Below, in pieces: positions 21,201 to 30,233 of a stretch of 64,000 nucleotides of DNA. Position numbers and translations under genes: made by a program. How positions within the stretch are numbered: position 1 is the stretch's first letter; each line of letters begins with the position of its first letter. Under the pieces are notes generated by a model. It was given only the letters and a program-made list of their open reading frames with translations. It made no database searches and was not told the DNA's origin. Source of the DNA: an uncultured Gemmatimonadales bacterium (GTDB taxonomy: Bacteria > Gemmatimonadota > Gemmatimonadetes > Longimicrobiales > Gaopeijiaceae); assembly GCA_963809895.1 (NCBI GenBank), contig CAWELD010000003.1, positions 896,001-960,000 of the forward strand. Reading direction: 5' to 3'.

Positions 21201-22806
21201 TCAGCCGCCGGCCAGCGTGACCGGAGCGGGGCGGGGGCCGCGTCCGTCGGCGAAGCGCACCTCGCCCGGCGTATCGGCGTTCCACTGCGGGGCCAGCCCC
21301 AGATCCTCGGCGATGCACCCGTAGGTGGCCTCCGCCGACAGGATCACGCCGGGGACGCCGGCACCGGGGTGCGTGCCGGCCCCCACCAGATAGAGTCCGT
21401 CCACATCCTCGCTGCGGTTGTGCGGCCGGAACCAGGCGGTCTGCGTGATACGGGGCTCCACGGCGAACGCATTGCCCCAGGTAGCATTGAGCTCGGACTC
21501 GAAGTCGTCCGGGGTAAAGATATGAAGCACTTCGAGTTGTTCGCGTAGATCCGTGAGGCCCCATTCCTCCAGGAACTCCAGGATGCGGTCGGCGAAGGCG
21601 TCCTTGAGCGCGCTCCAGTCCAGCCCCGAGCGGTTGTTGGCCACCGGCACCAGCACGTACATGCTCTCGCAGCCCTCCGGAGCCATCTCCGGGTCGGTGC
21701 GGGTCGGCGCGTGCACGTACATGGAGAAAGTCGTCGGGCAGGATCTTGCGGTCGAAGATGTCCCGGATGAGCTCGCGGTAGCGCTCGGTGAGGATGAGGG
21801 TGTGGTGCGCCAGCTCCGGGTACTGCCGGCGCACGCCCAGATAGAGCAGGAAGCAGCTCATGCTGTAGTGCTGGCGCGCCACCTTGCGGTCCGTCCAGCG
21901 GCGGCGGTGGCTGCCGTCCACCAGATCCCGGTACGTGTGGCCGACATCGGCGTTGCTCACCACCACGTCGGCCGGGAAGTGGGTGCCGCGAGCGCGGACG
22001 CCCACGGCACGGCCGTCCCGAACCTCGATCTCGTCGACCTCGTGGTCCGTGAAGAGGCTCCCGCCGAGCTCCACGAACACGCGACCCATGGCCTCCACGA
22101 CGCTGTACATGCCGCCCTTTGAGAACCACACGCCGCCCTGGCGCTCCAGATAGGGGATCATGAGGTAGACCGAGGGTGCCGTGAAGGGACTCCCCCCGAC
22201 GAAGAGGGGGTGGAACGAGTACAGGAAGCGGTGCCGGAAATCGCGGAAATAGCGCGACACGAAGTGATGGACCGGGCGCCACGCACCCAGCTTCAGCAGG
22301 CGCGGAACAAATCGCGCCAGGCTTCCCAGCGTGTCGAAGGGCTGGGAGCCGAGCCGATCGCCGATGACGGCGTCGTAGATGGGCTCCACCTGCTCCATGA
22401 AGTCGTCCAGGCGCTCGGCGTCGCCGGCGTCGAACCGGCGCATCTGCGCCTTCATGCGCTCCACGTCACCCACGTAGTCCAGCGACGAGCCGTCGTGGAA
22501 GTGGACCCGGTAGTAGGGATCCAGCGGGATGAGATCCACATAGTCGATGAGCCGGCGGCCGGCCGCGCGAAAGACGTCGTCGATGATGCCCGGCGCCGTG
22601 ATCAGGCTGGGGCCCATGTCGAAGACGTAGCCACGGTCCTGGAGCTGATAGGCGCGCCCTCCGATGCGCTCGCGCTTCTCGAGGAGCGTGACCTGGAGGC
22701 CGGCGGCCTGGAGGCGGATGGCGAGGGCGAGGCCCCCGAAGCCGCTGCCGATCACCACGGCGCGACGGGGGCTTCCGGTCCTGTCCTCGAATGTGACGCG
22801 GGTCAT
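21201..22806 (-). CDS. crtI: Phytoene desaturase (frameshift near 21728)
   Basis: GSGFGGLA, FDMGPSLIT, YSMSCFLLY and LYLVGAGTHPGAGVPGV. One extra T before SMYVHAP. Confidence 0.92.
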
Positions 22807-22826
22807 GGGATGGCGGGCTCCGGCGA

Positions 22827-24734
22827 TCAGCCGTCCTGAGGGGCGAGGGTCCAGGCCGACCGGGTATCCGCCTGCCGGCGGGCTCTCCGCAGATCGCGGA
22901 GCCCGCGGATTCCGAGTCGGACCTTGTGGAGGCGTCCGGTGAAGGCCCGCCGGGTACCGTTGTCCCAGTCGTTTCTCCGGAGGGCGTCGTGAATGCCCTG
23001 GTAGAGGCGCGCGGCGACGGCCACGGGTCGGGCGTAGAAGGCCGGCAGGCGCGGAAGGGCTTCGAAGGCTTCGTCGTAGAGGCGGTCGGCTCGGGTGGCC
23101 AGGGACTCCATGAGCCCCTTCCAGGCGTCGTCCACGGCTCCCGGCAGGCCCCGGGCCACCGACGCCACTTGCGTCCGGGTCACCCCGTGGCGCTCCATCG
23201 CGTCCAGCGGCAGGTACAGGCGACCCGCTCGCCAGTCTTCACCCACGTCGCGCAGGATGTTGGTGAGCTGCATGGCGTGGCCGAGGCCATAGGCTCGGGC
23301 CAGCACGTCCGGATCCCGCACGCCGAACATCTCGGTGAGCCATCCCCCCACCACTGCCGCCACCCGGTACGTGTAGACCTCGAGCTCGGCCGTGGTGGTG
23401 AAGGGGGAGGGGTCGAGGTCCATGGCGACGCCGGCCAGGAGCTCGTCGGCGTAGTGGAAGGACACGCCGGCGCGCCGGGTGGCTCCCATGACCTCGTCGA
23501 GCAGCGGGACGCCCGTCTCCTCGCCGTCGTAGGCCCCCCGGGCCAGCTCCCGCCACGCAGCGAGAAGCGCACGGACGTCCTCCGGGGGCCCCTCGGCCTC
23601 GTCCACCAGGTCGTCGGTGAAGCGGCAGAAGGCGTACACCGACTCCACGCACCGACGCTCGCGGCGGGGAAAGAGTCGGGATGCGAAGCGGAAGGAGTGG
23701 CCGTGACGAGCCAGGTACCCTCCCCAGGCATCGGGGCCTCCCACGGCTGCGGCTCGCGCCCGCACCAGGGACTCCGTGGAGGGGCCCGAAGGGGACGGAG
23801 CGAGGGCCGCCCGCTCCCGCACCAGCGCCCTCTCGGCCACCGCGACCCAGGTGTGCGCGAGCTCGGCGACCGCCGGCGGCACTCGCACCGCCAGCGCGCA
23901 GGCCTCGGCGTGGAGCCGCACCAGCGCGCGTCCGAGGGGTGCCGGCCCTCCGTCGGGCGCGCCGTCGAGGAGCCGGCGTCCGAAGGCCTCCGGCCCGAGC
24001 CCGTCGGGATCGGGAAACTCCTCGACTCCCGCCTCGTCCAGCACGAAGGTCCACTTCTTCTGGCGCAGGTCCTGGAAGGGCGGCTTGCCGCGCCGGGCCG
24101 AGGCGCAGTAGTCCAGGAAATCGTCCACCATCTGATAGAGCGCGCCCAGGGCGGTGCCCGCGGCGTGGGCCTCGGCCGGATCTTCACCGCGCACGTCCGC
24201 CGCCAGCACCAGGGCGGCGCCGAAGAGCTCGCCCGACTTGCCTTCGATGGCCGAGCGGTACTGCTCGGGGGTGAGCCGCCGGCCGGCCGCGGCGCCCTGA
24301 CGCAACTCTCCGGCCACGGTGCGCTCCACCGACCGGATGAACCAGTCGAGAAAGACGGGCCGCCCGCTCCTGGCGGCCACGCGATAGGCTGCCGTCAGCA
24401 GGTGATCCCCCAGCACGAGTGCGGCCCCGACGCCGCGTTCGGCGGCCACCGTGGGGCGCCCCCTGCGCCGCTCCGCGCCGTCCAGAACGTCGTCGTGAAG
24501 CAGCGAGGCCTCGTGCGCCATCTGGATGGCCAGGGCTCCGTACCAGAACTCGTCCGGAACCGCGTCGGGGGCCCGGTCCGCCGCCAGGGCACGGTAGGCG
24601 ACCAGGGGGCGGAGCAGCTTCCCCTTCAGCGCGGGCACGGGCAGGCCATCGGCGCGCACGCGGCGGGCGACGCGGTCGAGCCCCGCACGCACCCGGTCCT
24701 CGACCGTCACGCCTCGGGTCGCCGGGATCGTCAC
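22827..24734 (-). CDS. Fused polyprenyl (GGPP) synthase and phytoene synthase (CrtE-CrtB)
   Basis: GKLLRP, LLHDDVLD..RRG and QMVDDFLD, then SFRFAS, YAFCRFTDDLVD and QLTNILRDVGED in one ORF. GTG start overlaps the cruF stop. Confidence 0.85.
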   Translation of the reverse strand: MTIPATRGVTVEDRVRAGLDRVARRVRADGLPVPALKGKLLRPLVAYRALAADRAPDAVPDEFWYGALAIQMAHEASLLHDDVLDGAERRRGRPTVAAERGVGAALVLGDHLLTAAYRVAARSGRPVFLDWFIRSVERTVAGELRQGAAAGRRLTPEQYRSAIEGKSGELFGAALVLAADVRGEDPAEAHAAGTALGALYQMVDDFLDYCASARRGKPPFQDLRQKKWTFVLDEAGVEEFPDPDGLGPEAFGRRLLDGAPDGGPAPLGRALVRLHAEACALAVRVPPAVAELAHTWVAVAERALVRERAALAPSPSGPSTESLVRARAAAVGGPDAWGGYLARHGHSFRFASRLFPRRERRCVESVYAFCRFTDDLVDEAEGPPEDVRALLAAWRELARGAYDGEETGVPLLDEVMGATRRAGVSFHYADELLAGVAMDLDPSPFTTTAELEVYTYRVAAVVGGWLTEMFGVRDPDVLARAYGLGHAMQLTNILRDVGEDWRAGRLYLPLDAMERHGVTRTQVASVARGLPGAVDDAWKGLMESLATRADRLYDEAFEALPRLPAFYARPVAVAARLYQGIHDALRRNDWDNGTRRAFTGRLHKVRLGIRGLRDLRRARRQADTRSAWTLAPQDG

Positions 24735-25654
24735 GCGACCTCCCCGGGAGCCAGACGCGGGCGCGGCCGGTGGGGTGGCGAGGCGTCGGGCGCGTCGTCG
24801 GTGGCCGGTGACGGCCGAAGCCCGGTCAGGACCACGGCGTGCAATGCCAGCGCCGTCACCGTGGCGCCCACCGACAGCCAGAGGCCGGCGGCGGCGACCA
24901 TGCCCAGCGGCATGAGAAGGACCGCCCCGTAATAGCCCGCCGCCCAGGACGCCGGAAGGCTCCCCGACCAGCGCAGGCGCCGGTCCAGGAGCTCCAGGGC
25001 GGTCATGAGGACGAGGCCCGTGACGAACCATCCGAGCAGGTTCACCCAGGGCATTCCGTAGAACGCTCCCTTCGACTCCCAGATCCAGTAGGGCGTGAGG
25101 TGGCTCATGGCCGGATCCAGCGCCAGATCCCAGGTCACCAGGAGCCCCGACGCCAACACGATGCGCGTGGGCGCCTGTCGCGAACGGGGGGCTCGAGCAC
25201 GTGCCACGACCCACGACACCGACGACATCAGGAACCAGCTCACGGGGATCAGCACCGGCACTCGGCCCAGCAGCTTGGGTCCCAGCAGACCGGTGTAGCC
25301 GTATCCGGAGAAGGGAACGCCGTAGCCGGTCCCGACGTGCTCGGCCAGGAAGCTGATCGCATACGCGACGGCGAAGGCCGGAAGCCAGCGCCATCCCGCG
25401 TGGCGAGCGAGGACCACGACCAGGACGGCGGCGGCAATCAGGATCTGCGCTCGGGCGAAGAGCGGAAACGAGACCTGGTAGACCCGGGCCGCCAGCGGGC
25501 CCGCGGGCAGGCGCTCCGGGTGGAGCCCGAAGTTCCAGTAGCCCAGGACGGCGACGACGGTGAAGAGCAGCAGCGTCAGAAGCGCGCGGCCTTCGAGGGA
25601 TCGCGGCAGCCAGCGCCGGGGGCCTGAGGTCACCCTGGAGAGAGGCGGGGTCAT
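24731..25654 (-). CDS. cruF: Carotenoid 1,2-hydratase-like membrane protein (DUF422)
   Basis: EHVGTGYGVPFSGY, WDLALDPAM and FYGMPWVNLLGW; in the crt operon. Confidence 0.75.
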   Translation of the reverse strand: MTPPLSRVTSGPRRWLPRSLEGRALLTLLLFTVVAVLGYWNFGLHPERLPAGPLAARVYQVSFPLFARAQILIAAAVLVVVLARHAGWRWLPAFAVAYAISFLAEHVGTGYGVPFSGYGYTGLLGPKLLGRVPVLIPVSWFLMSSVSWVVARARAPRSRQAPTRIVLASGLLVTWDLALDPAMSHLTPYWIWESKGAFYGMPWVNLLGWFVTGLVLMTALELLDRRLRWSGSLPASWAAGYYGAVLLMPLGMVAAAGLWLSVGATVTALALHAVVLTGLRPSPATDDAPDASPPHRPRPRLAPGEVA

Positions 25655-25673
25655 GGATTCGGGATCCTGACGG

Positions 25674-26627
25674 TCAGCCGCGGCTCGCGGCGGCGGACGG
25701 CGCGGCGAAGCCCTCGCCCAGCCGGCCCTCGAACGCCCGAATGGAATCGAAGATCTCGAGCTCGTCGAAGGGCAGCGTCATGTCGTCCAGCACCGGGGCC
25801 TGCTCCACGTCGCCACCGAGGGCCAGCGCGAAGGGATGCGCGGGGTCGTAGAACTCGCCCAGGATGCGAACGCACCGCTTCATGTCCGCGCCGGTGTTGG
25901 GGGGCGCGAACGAGATACACACCAGGTCGGCGCCGCGGGACCGTTGCACCGCGGAGAAATCCTCCACCGGGACGTCGGCGCCCAGGAAATAGACGCGCCA
26001 GCCCTTCCGCTCGAGGAGCAGGCGCACGCACAGTGCGCCGAGATGATGCCGGTCGCCCTCCATGGCGCCCACGATGGCCGCGGGCATGGAATCCCCTCGT
26101 TCGAGGGTCGCATCGCCGTCGCCCACACTTCGCAGGCCGAGGAGGGTCTCCACCAGGGCTTCCGACGCCATGTGCTCCTCGCCCACCCGCAGTCGACCTT
26201 CACGCCAGGCGTCGCCGATCTGGCGCATGAACCCGCGGATGCCCTCGTCGCAGAAGGCGGCGAAGTCCACGTCGGGATGGCGTCCGAGCTCGAGATACAG
26301 GCGCGCCAGGCGACGCAGGTGGCCGCGTGCGAGCCATCCCATGGCCAACGAATGAACCCGATCGAAGGCGCCGTCGTCCACGACCCTGCGGACGGCGGTC
26401 CACACGTGCCCCTCATAGGGAGAGAAGGGCGCGAGATACGTGTCGATGCCCCGGACGCGCGCGAGCTCGAGGGCCTCCTGCAGGTGGATACGCCTGTGGC
26501 CCCCCTCGGTCTTGTCCACCGACAGTTCCCCGTCGTTGCACCAGCGCTTCACGCTGGACGGGTGGACGTCCAGGAGGTCCGCCACCTGGGTCGTGGTGAG
26601 GAAGAGCTCGGAGTTGAAGCGTTCCAT
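25674..26627 (-). CDS. B12-binding transcriptional regulator, CarH/LitR-like
   Basis: N-terminal HTH (QVADLLDVHPSSVKRW..TEGGHRR), W-x9-EH (WREGRLRVGEEH) and DxHxxG; first gene of the crt operon. Confidence 0.85.
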   Translation of the reverse strand: MERFNSELFLTTTQVADLLDVHPSSVKRWCNDGELSVDKTEGGHRRIHLQEALELARVRGIDTYLAPFSPYEGHVWTAVRRVVDDGAFDRVHSLAMGWLARGHLRRLARLYLELGRHPDVDFAAFCDEGIRGFMRQIGDAWREGRLRVGEEHMASEALVETLLGLRSVGDGDATLERGDSMPAAIVGAMEGDRHHLGALCVRLLLERKGWRVYFLGADVPVEDFSAVQRSRGADLVCISFAPPNTGADMKRCVRILGEFYDPAHPFALALGGDVEQAPVLDDMTLPFDELEIFDSIRAFEGRLGEGFAAPSAAASRG

Positions 26628-26797
26628 GGTCGCGCCTCGATCGGATCAGGGGCGACGACGCAACGGCCTGTCGTCGCATAAACGACTACGACACAATATC
26701 CGAGCGAAACAGCGAAGACGTCAAGGGCGGATGAACGCGAGCTCTTCGTTCATCGCGCGCACCGACGAACGTTTCCGAGGTCCCGGGAGGTCGAGCG

Positions 26798-27457
26798 TCA
26801 GATCTCGGGGCGCTCCAGAAGGGATCCGTCCTCGGCGAGGGCGGGGTAGGGTGCCCCGGCGGCGCGGCACCGTTCCGCGAGCTCCGGATACGCCCACTCG
26901 AAGAGGCGACGCCCGAACGCGGGCTCCGGGATGCGGGCGCTTCGGTACATGCCGGCGTCGGCCCGTTGCCGCTGCGCTTCGAAGAGGAGAAGCGCCGTGG
27001 CCACCGACACGTTCAGCGAGCGCACCATTCCCACCATGGGAATCACGACGCGCGTGTCGGCCAGGGCCAGTCCCTCGTCGCTGATGCCGAAGAGCTCGGC
27101 GCCCATCATGAAGGCGGTCGGGCGCGTGTAGTCCACGTCGCGGAAATCGGTGGCGTCCCCTTCAGGGTGCGCCGCCACCACGCGGTATCCCCTGTCGTGG
27201 AGGCCGCGGACCGCGTCACCGATGGACGTGTGCTCGTGCACGTCCACCCATTTCGAAGAGCCCGCCGAGGTGTGGTGATGCAGCTCCACTCCACGCTCGG
27301 GCGGCACGATGTGGGCTTCCAACACACCCACCGCGTCGGCGTTCCTGAGAATGGCCGAGAAGTTGTGCGTCTTGTTGACGCGTTCCATGATGACGGTGAG
27401 GTCCGGTTGCCGGCGTGCCAGGACGCGGCGCAAGCGGGCGTACCGTTCGGGGGTCAT
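26798..27457 (-). CDS. trmH: tRNA (Gm18) 2'-O-methyltransferase
   Basis: RRQPDLTV, HNFSAILR, MGAELFG, IPMVGMVRSLNVSVA and FEWAYP. Confidence 0.93.
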   Translation of the reverse strand: MTPERYARLRRVLARRQPDLTVIMERVNKTHNFSAILRNADAVGVLEAHIVPPERGVELHHHTSAGSSKWVDVHEHTSIGDAVRGLHDRGYRVVAAHPEGDATDFRDVDYTRPTAFMMGAELFGISDEGLALADTRVVIPMVGMVRSLNVSVATALLLFEAQRQRADAGMYRSARIPEPAFGRRLFEWAYPELAERCRAAGAPYPALAEDGSLLERPEI

Positions 27458-27603
27458 GTGGGAGGACGCCTCCGGAAAGCTCCGGGAAGAGGTCGGTGAC
27501 TCGATGAAAGACAGTATAGCGTCGGGACCCGGATCGTGGGCGCAGGCGGGACCGATCGTTATACTTGAGGTTGTCCTACCCTCCCTTCTCACGACGATCT
27601 GAC

Positions 27604-28698
27604 ATGGCCGATTCTCCCCCGCGGGTCGCCGGCGCGCCCACCCACTCCGATGGGCCCGGCGCGTCCCAGCGGATTCCGCCTGCACCCGCGAGCACGCCCG
27701 TGGTCGTGGTCGACGACGAACCCGGCATCCTCAGGGCCGTCCAGCGCGTCTTGCAGGGCTCCGGATATCCCGTCGACGCCTTCGAGAGTGCTACCGAGGC
27801 ACTTCAGCGGGTCCGCCAGGGAGGCGTCGCGATTCTCATCACCGACCTGGTGATGCCGGAGATGTCCGGCCTGGAGCTTACGCGCCATTCGCTGGGGTCG
27901 GCGCCGGATCTGGCGGTCATCCTCATGACGGGCCGTGGCGACGAGAACACGGCCGCGCAGGCGCTCCGCCTCGGTGTGTGGGACTATCTCCAGAAGCCCT
28001 TCGGCGCCTCGGAGCTCGAGGCCGCGGTCCGCAACGTGCTGGTGCGACGGGCCCTGATCCTCAAGCGTCACGGCAGCTCGGCACGCCTGCGCGAGGCGGT
28101 GGCGTTGCAGGCCCGGGAGATCCAGCAGAGCCGGGCCGAGGTCCAGGATCTCACCCTCGGCGTGCTCACCGTCATGGCCAAGCTCATGGACCACCGCTAC
28201 CCGTGGCTGGAGGGGAACAGCGAGCGCGTGGGCCAGGTGGCTGCGGACGTCGCCCAGGTCCTGGATCTGGACGATCACGAGGTGGAGGACGTGCGCATCG
28301 CCGGCATGCTCCACGACATCGGCATGATCACCCTGCCCGACGACATCATGCGCAAACCCGGCCCCCTCAGCGGGCCGGAATACGACCAGGTCAAGGAGCA
28401 CCCGCGCATCGGGGCCGAGCTCCTGGCGCCGCTGCGCATCTTCAGTCGGGCCTCGGAGTACGTGCTGTTCCACCACGAGCGCATCAACGGCTCCGGTTAT
28501 CCCGACGGCCTCACCGGCAGCGAGACGCCTCTGGGCGCCCAGATCGTGGGCATTGCCGAGTCGTTCGTGACCCTCACCGAGACACGCCCCTTCCGCCCCT
28601 CGGTATCCGACTCCGAGGCGCTGGAGACGCTCCGCATGTCCGAGGGTGTCTGGTTCGACTCGGATCTGCTGGACGCGCTGGCGCGCACCCGGGAGTAG
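27604..28698 (+). CDS. Response regulator with HD-GYP phosphodiesterase domain
   Basis: REC domain, then LHDIG and HHERINGSGYPDGL. Confidence 0.9.
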   Translation: MADSPPRVAGAPTHSDGPGASQRIPPAPASTPVVVVDDEPGILRAVQRVLQGSGYPVDAFESATEALQRVRQGGVAILITDLVMPEMSGLELTRHSLGSAPDLAVILMTGRGDENTAAQALRLGVWDYLQKPFGASELEAAVRNVLVRRALILKRHGSSARLREAVALQAREIQQSRAEVQDLTLGVLTVMAKLMDHRYPWLEGNSERVGQVAADVAQVLDLDDHEVEDVRIAGMLHDIGMITLPDDIMRKPGPLSGPEYDQVKEHPRIGAELLAPLRIFSRASEYVLFHHERINGSGYPDGLTGSETPLGAQIVGIAESFVTLTETRPFRPSVSDSEALETLRMSEGVWFDSDLLDALARTRE

Positions 28699-28704
28699 CC
28701 GGAC

Positions 28705-29979
28705 TCAGCTCACGTCGCGCACCAGGTCGTAGCTCACGATGTAGGGCACGTCGAGGTCATCGGTCTCGGAACCCCAGACCCGGTCGCCCACTACGGCGAG
28801 GATGCGGAGGCCGGGCGGGGCGTAGACCCGCCCTTTCGGGGTGCCGTCGGGGGCCAGGACCCACCATTCGACGCCGTCTTCGGTCACCGGCGCACGCTGG
28901 AGCCAGACGCCACCTTCGCGCGTCACGATCACCGACGTCACCGCGGGCACGAAGGGCGGCGCGTAGATGGCGTCGCGGATCTTGCTCTCCAGCGTGGCCT
29001 GGGTGAGCGAAGCGTCCCGCTGTCCCATGAAGCCGAACAAGGCGGTCGCCTGAGCCTCGACGACGCTGTCCACGCGTTCGTTGGGCAGCTCGATCAGCGG
29101 ATACGGGATCTCCACATGGAAGACCGTGTCCCCGGCGGCCACCGCACCCGCGCCGGACATGCTGACGCGGGTGACGGTGAAGGTACCCATGCCCGAGGCG
29201 CCCTCGTCCGGAACCCGCCGCCCCACGGCCACGAAGGCGTCCGAGGAGGGGTGCGGGCCCGCGATGGCCCCGTCCCCGAAGGCCTGTGGAGCGAAGGTGG
29301 CGCCGTTGTCGAAGATGAGGGAGAGCTGGTCGGTGGTACGAAAGTGTTGGACGTAGAGCGTGTCCACCACCTGGCCCGCACTGTCCATGTGGAAGTGCGG
29401 GACACGCTTCAACGTGCCGTCGGCGATGGCCGACGACCAAGCTGGAACGGCACCGTAGAAGCCTCCGCCGCGCAGCGGAAGCTCCGGGCGCGGCGGGGAC
29501 TCGCCGGGCTGACCGCCCGTGACTCGCCCCATCTTCACCGGTGGCTGCTCACTGCCAAGGAAGCGACCGTCGAAATCGAAGAAGCTCATGCGGTACTGCG
29601 CGAGGTCGGCCACCCACAGCGTGTCCCCGAAGAAGCCGATACGGTAGGGTCGGGAGAACTCGCCCGGTCCCTCTCCTTCACGCCCGATGGTGCCGGCAGG
29701 CGCACCTTCCGGCGTCCAACGGCGGAGCGCGGCCTCCTGTCGGTGGAGCGAGACGACGCTGCCGTCAGGTGCCACGGCCAGCGCCTGCACGTAGGCGAAG
29801 CTGGTCGCCGGGTCGTCGACCGATCCGATGCGCACCCCGGGCTCCAGCCGCCACGGCGGCGCCTCGAAGGGATCGCCGGCCTCGGTCTCGCCACCGGCGC
29901 AGGCCGCGACGGCCAGGAGCAGGGCGGGCACACGGAGCGCGCCCAGGGCGCGAGGGACGAAAGGACCGGAGCGAGCCAT
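28705..29979 (-). CDS. 6-bladed beta-propeller lipoprotein
   Basis: Lipobox VAAC, IGREGEGPGEF and a C-terminal ETDDLDVPYIVSY motif. Confidence 0.8.
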   Translation of the reverse strand: MARSGPFVPRALGALRVPALLLAVAACAGGETEAGDPFEAPPWRLEPGVRIGSVDDPATSFAYVQALAVAPDGSVVSLHRQEAALRRWTPEGAPAGTIGREGEGPGEFSRPYRIGFFGDTLWVADLAQYRMSFFDFDGRFLGSEQPPVKMGRVTGGQPGESPPRPELPLRGGGFYGAVPAWSSAIADGTLKRVPHFHMDSAGQVVDTLYVQHFRTTDQLSLIFDNGATFAPQAFGDGAIAGPHPSSDAFVAVGRRVPDEGASGMGTFTVTRVSMSGAGAVAAGDTVFHVEIPYPLIELPNERVDSVVEAQATALFGFMGQRDASLTQATLESKIRDAIYAPPFVPAVTSVIVTREGGVWLQRAPVTEDGVEWWVLAPDGTPKGRVYAPPGLRILAVVGDRVWGSETDDLDVPYIVSYDLVRDVS

Positions 29980-30233
29980 GGGACGGAGCCTCCTGTGGGG
30001 TTCGGTCGCGCGGCGTCTACCACCTTAGACGCCACGGGTCGATACGGTGGGCCCTGGGAGGTGTTACGCGCAAGCTCGCCGAGATCGAAGGGTTCACCGT
30101 GATTCTCGCGCCTTGGATGGCCGACGGGTCCGGCGTATTATCGTGCCATCCATGGAGGGCGTCCCGACGAGCGGTCTCGCTGTCATGGCGGCCGCGCGAC
30201 GACGGGGCCCCTGCGCTGACAAGGGGGTACGCG

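Noticed and set aside
19099..22806. 1235-aa ORF suggesting a giant CrtI fusion
   Set aside because: Artefact of the frameshift at ~21728; the extension is antisense to TIGR01777 and the photolyase.
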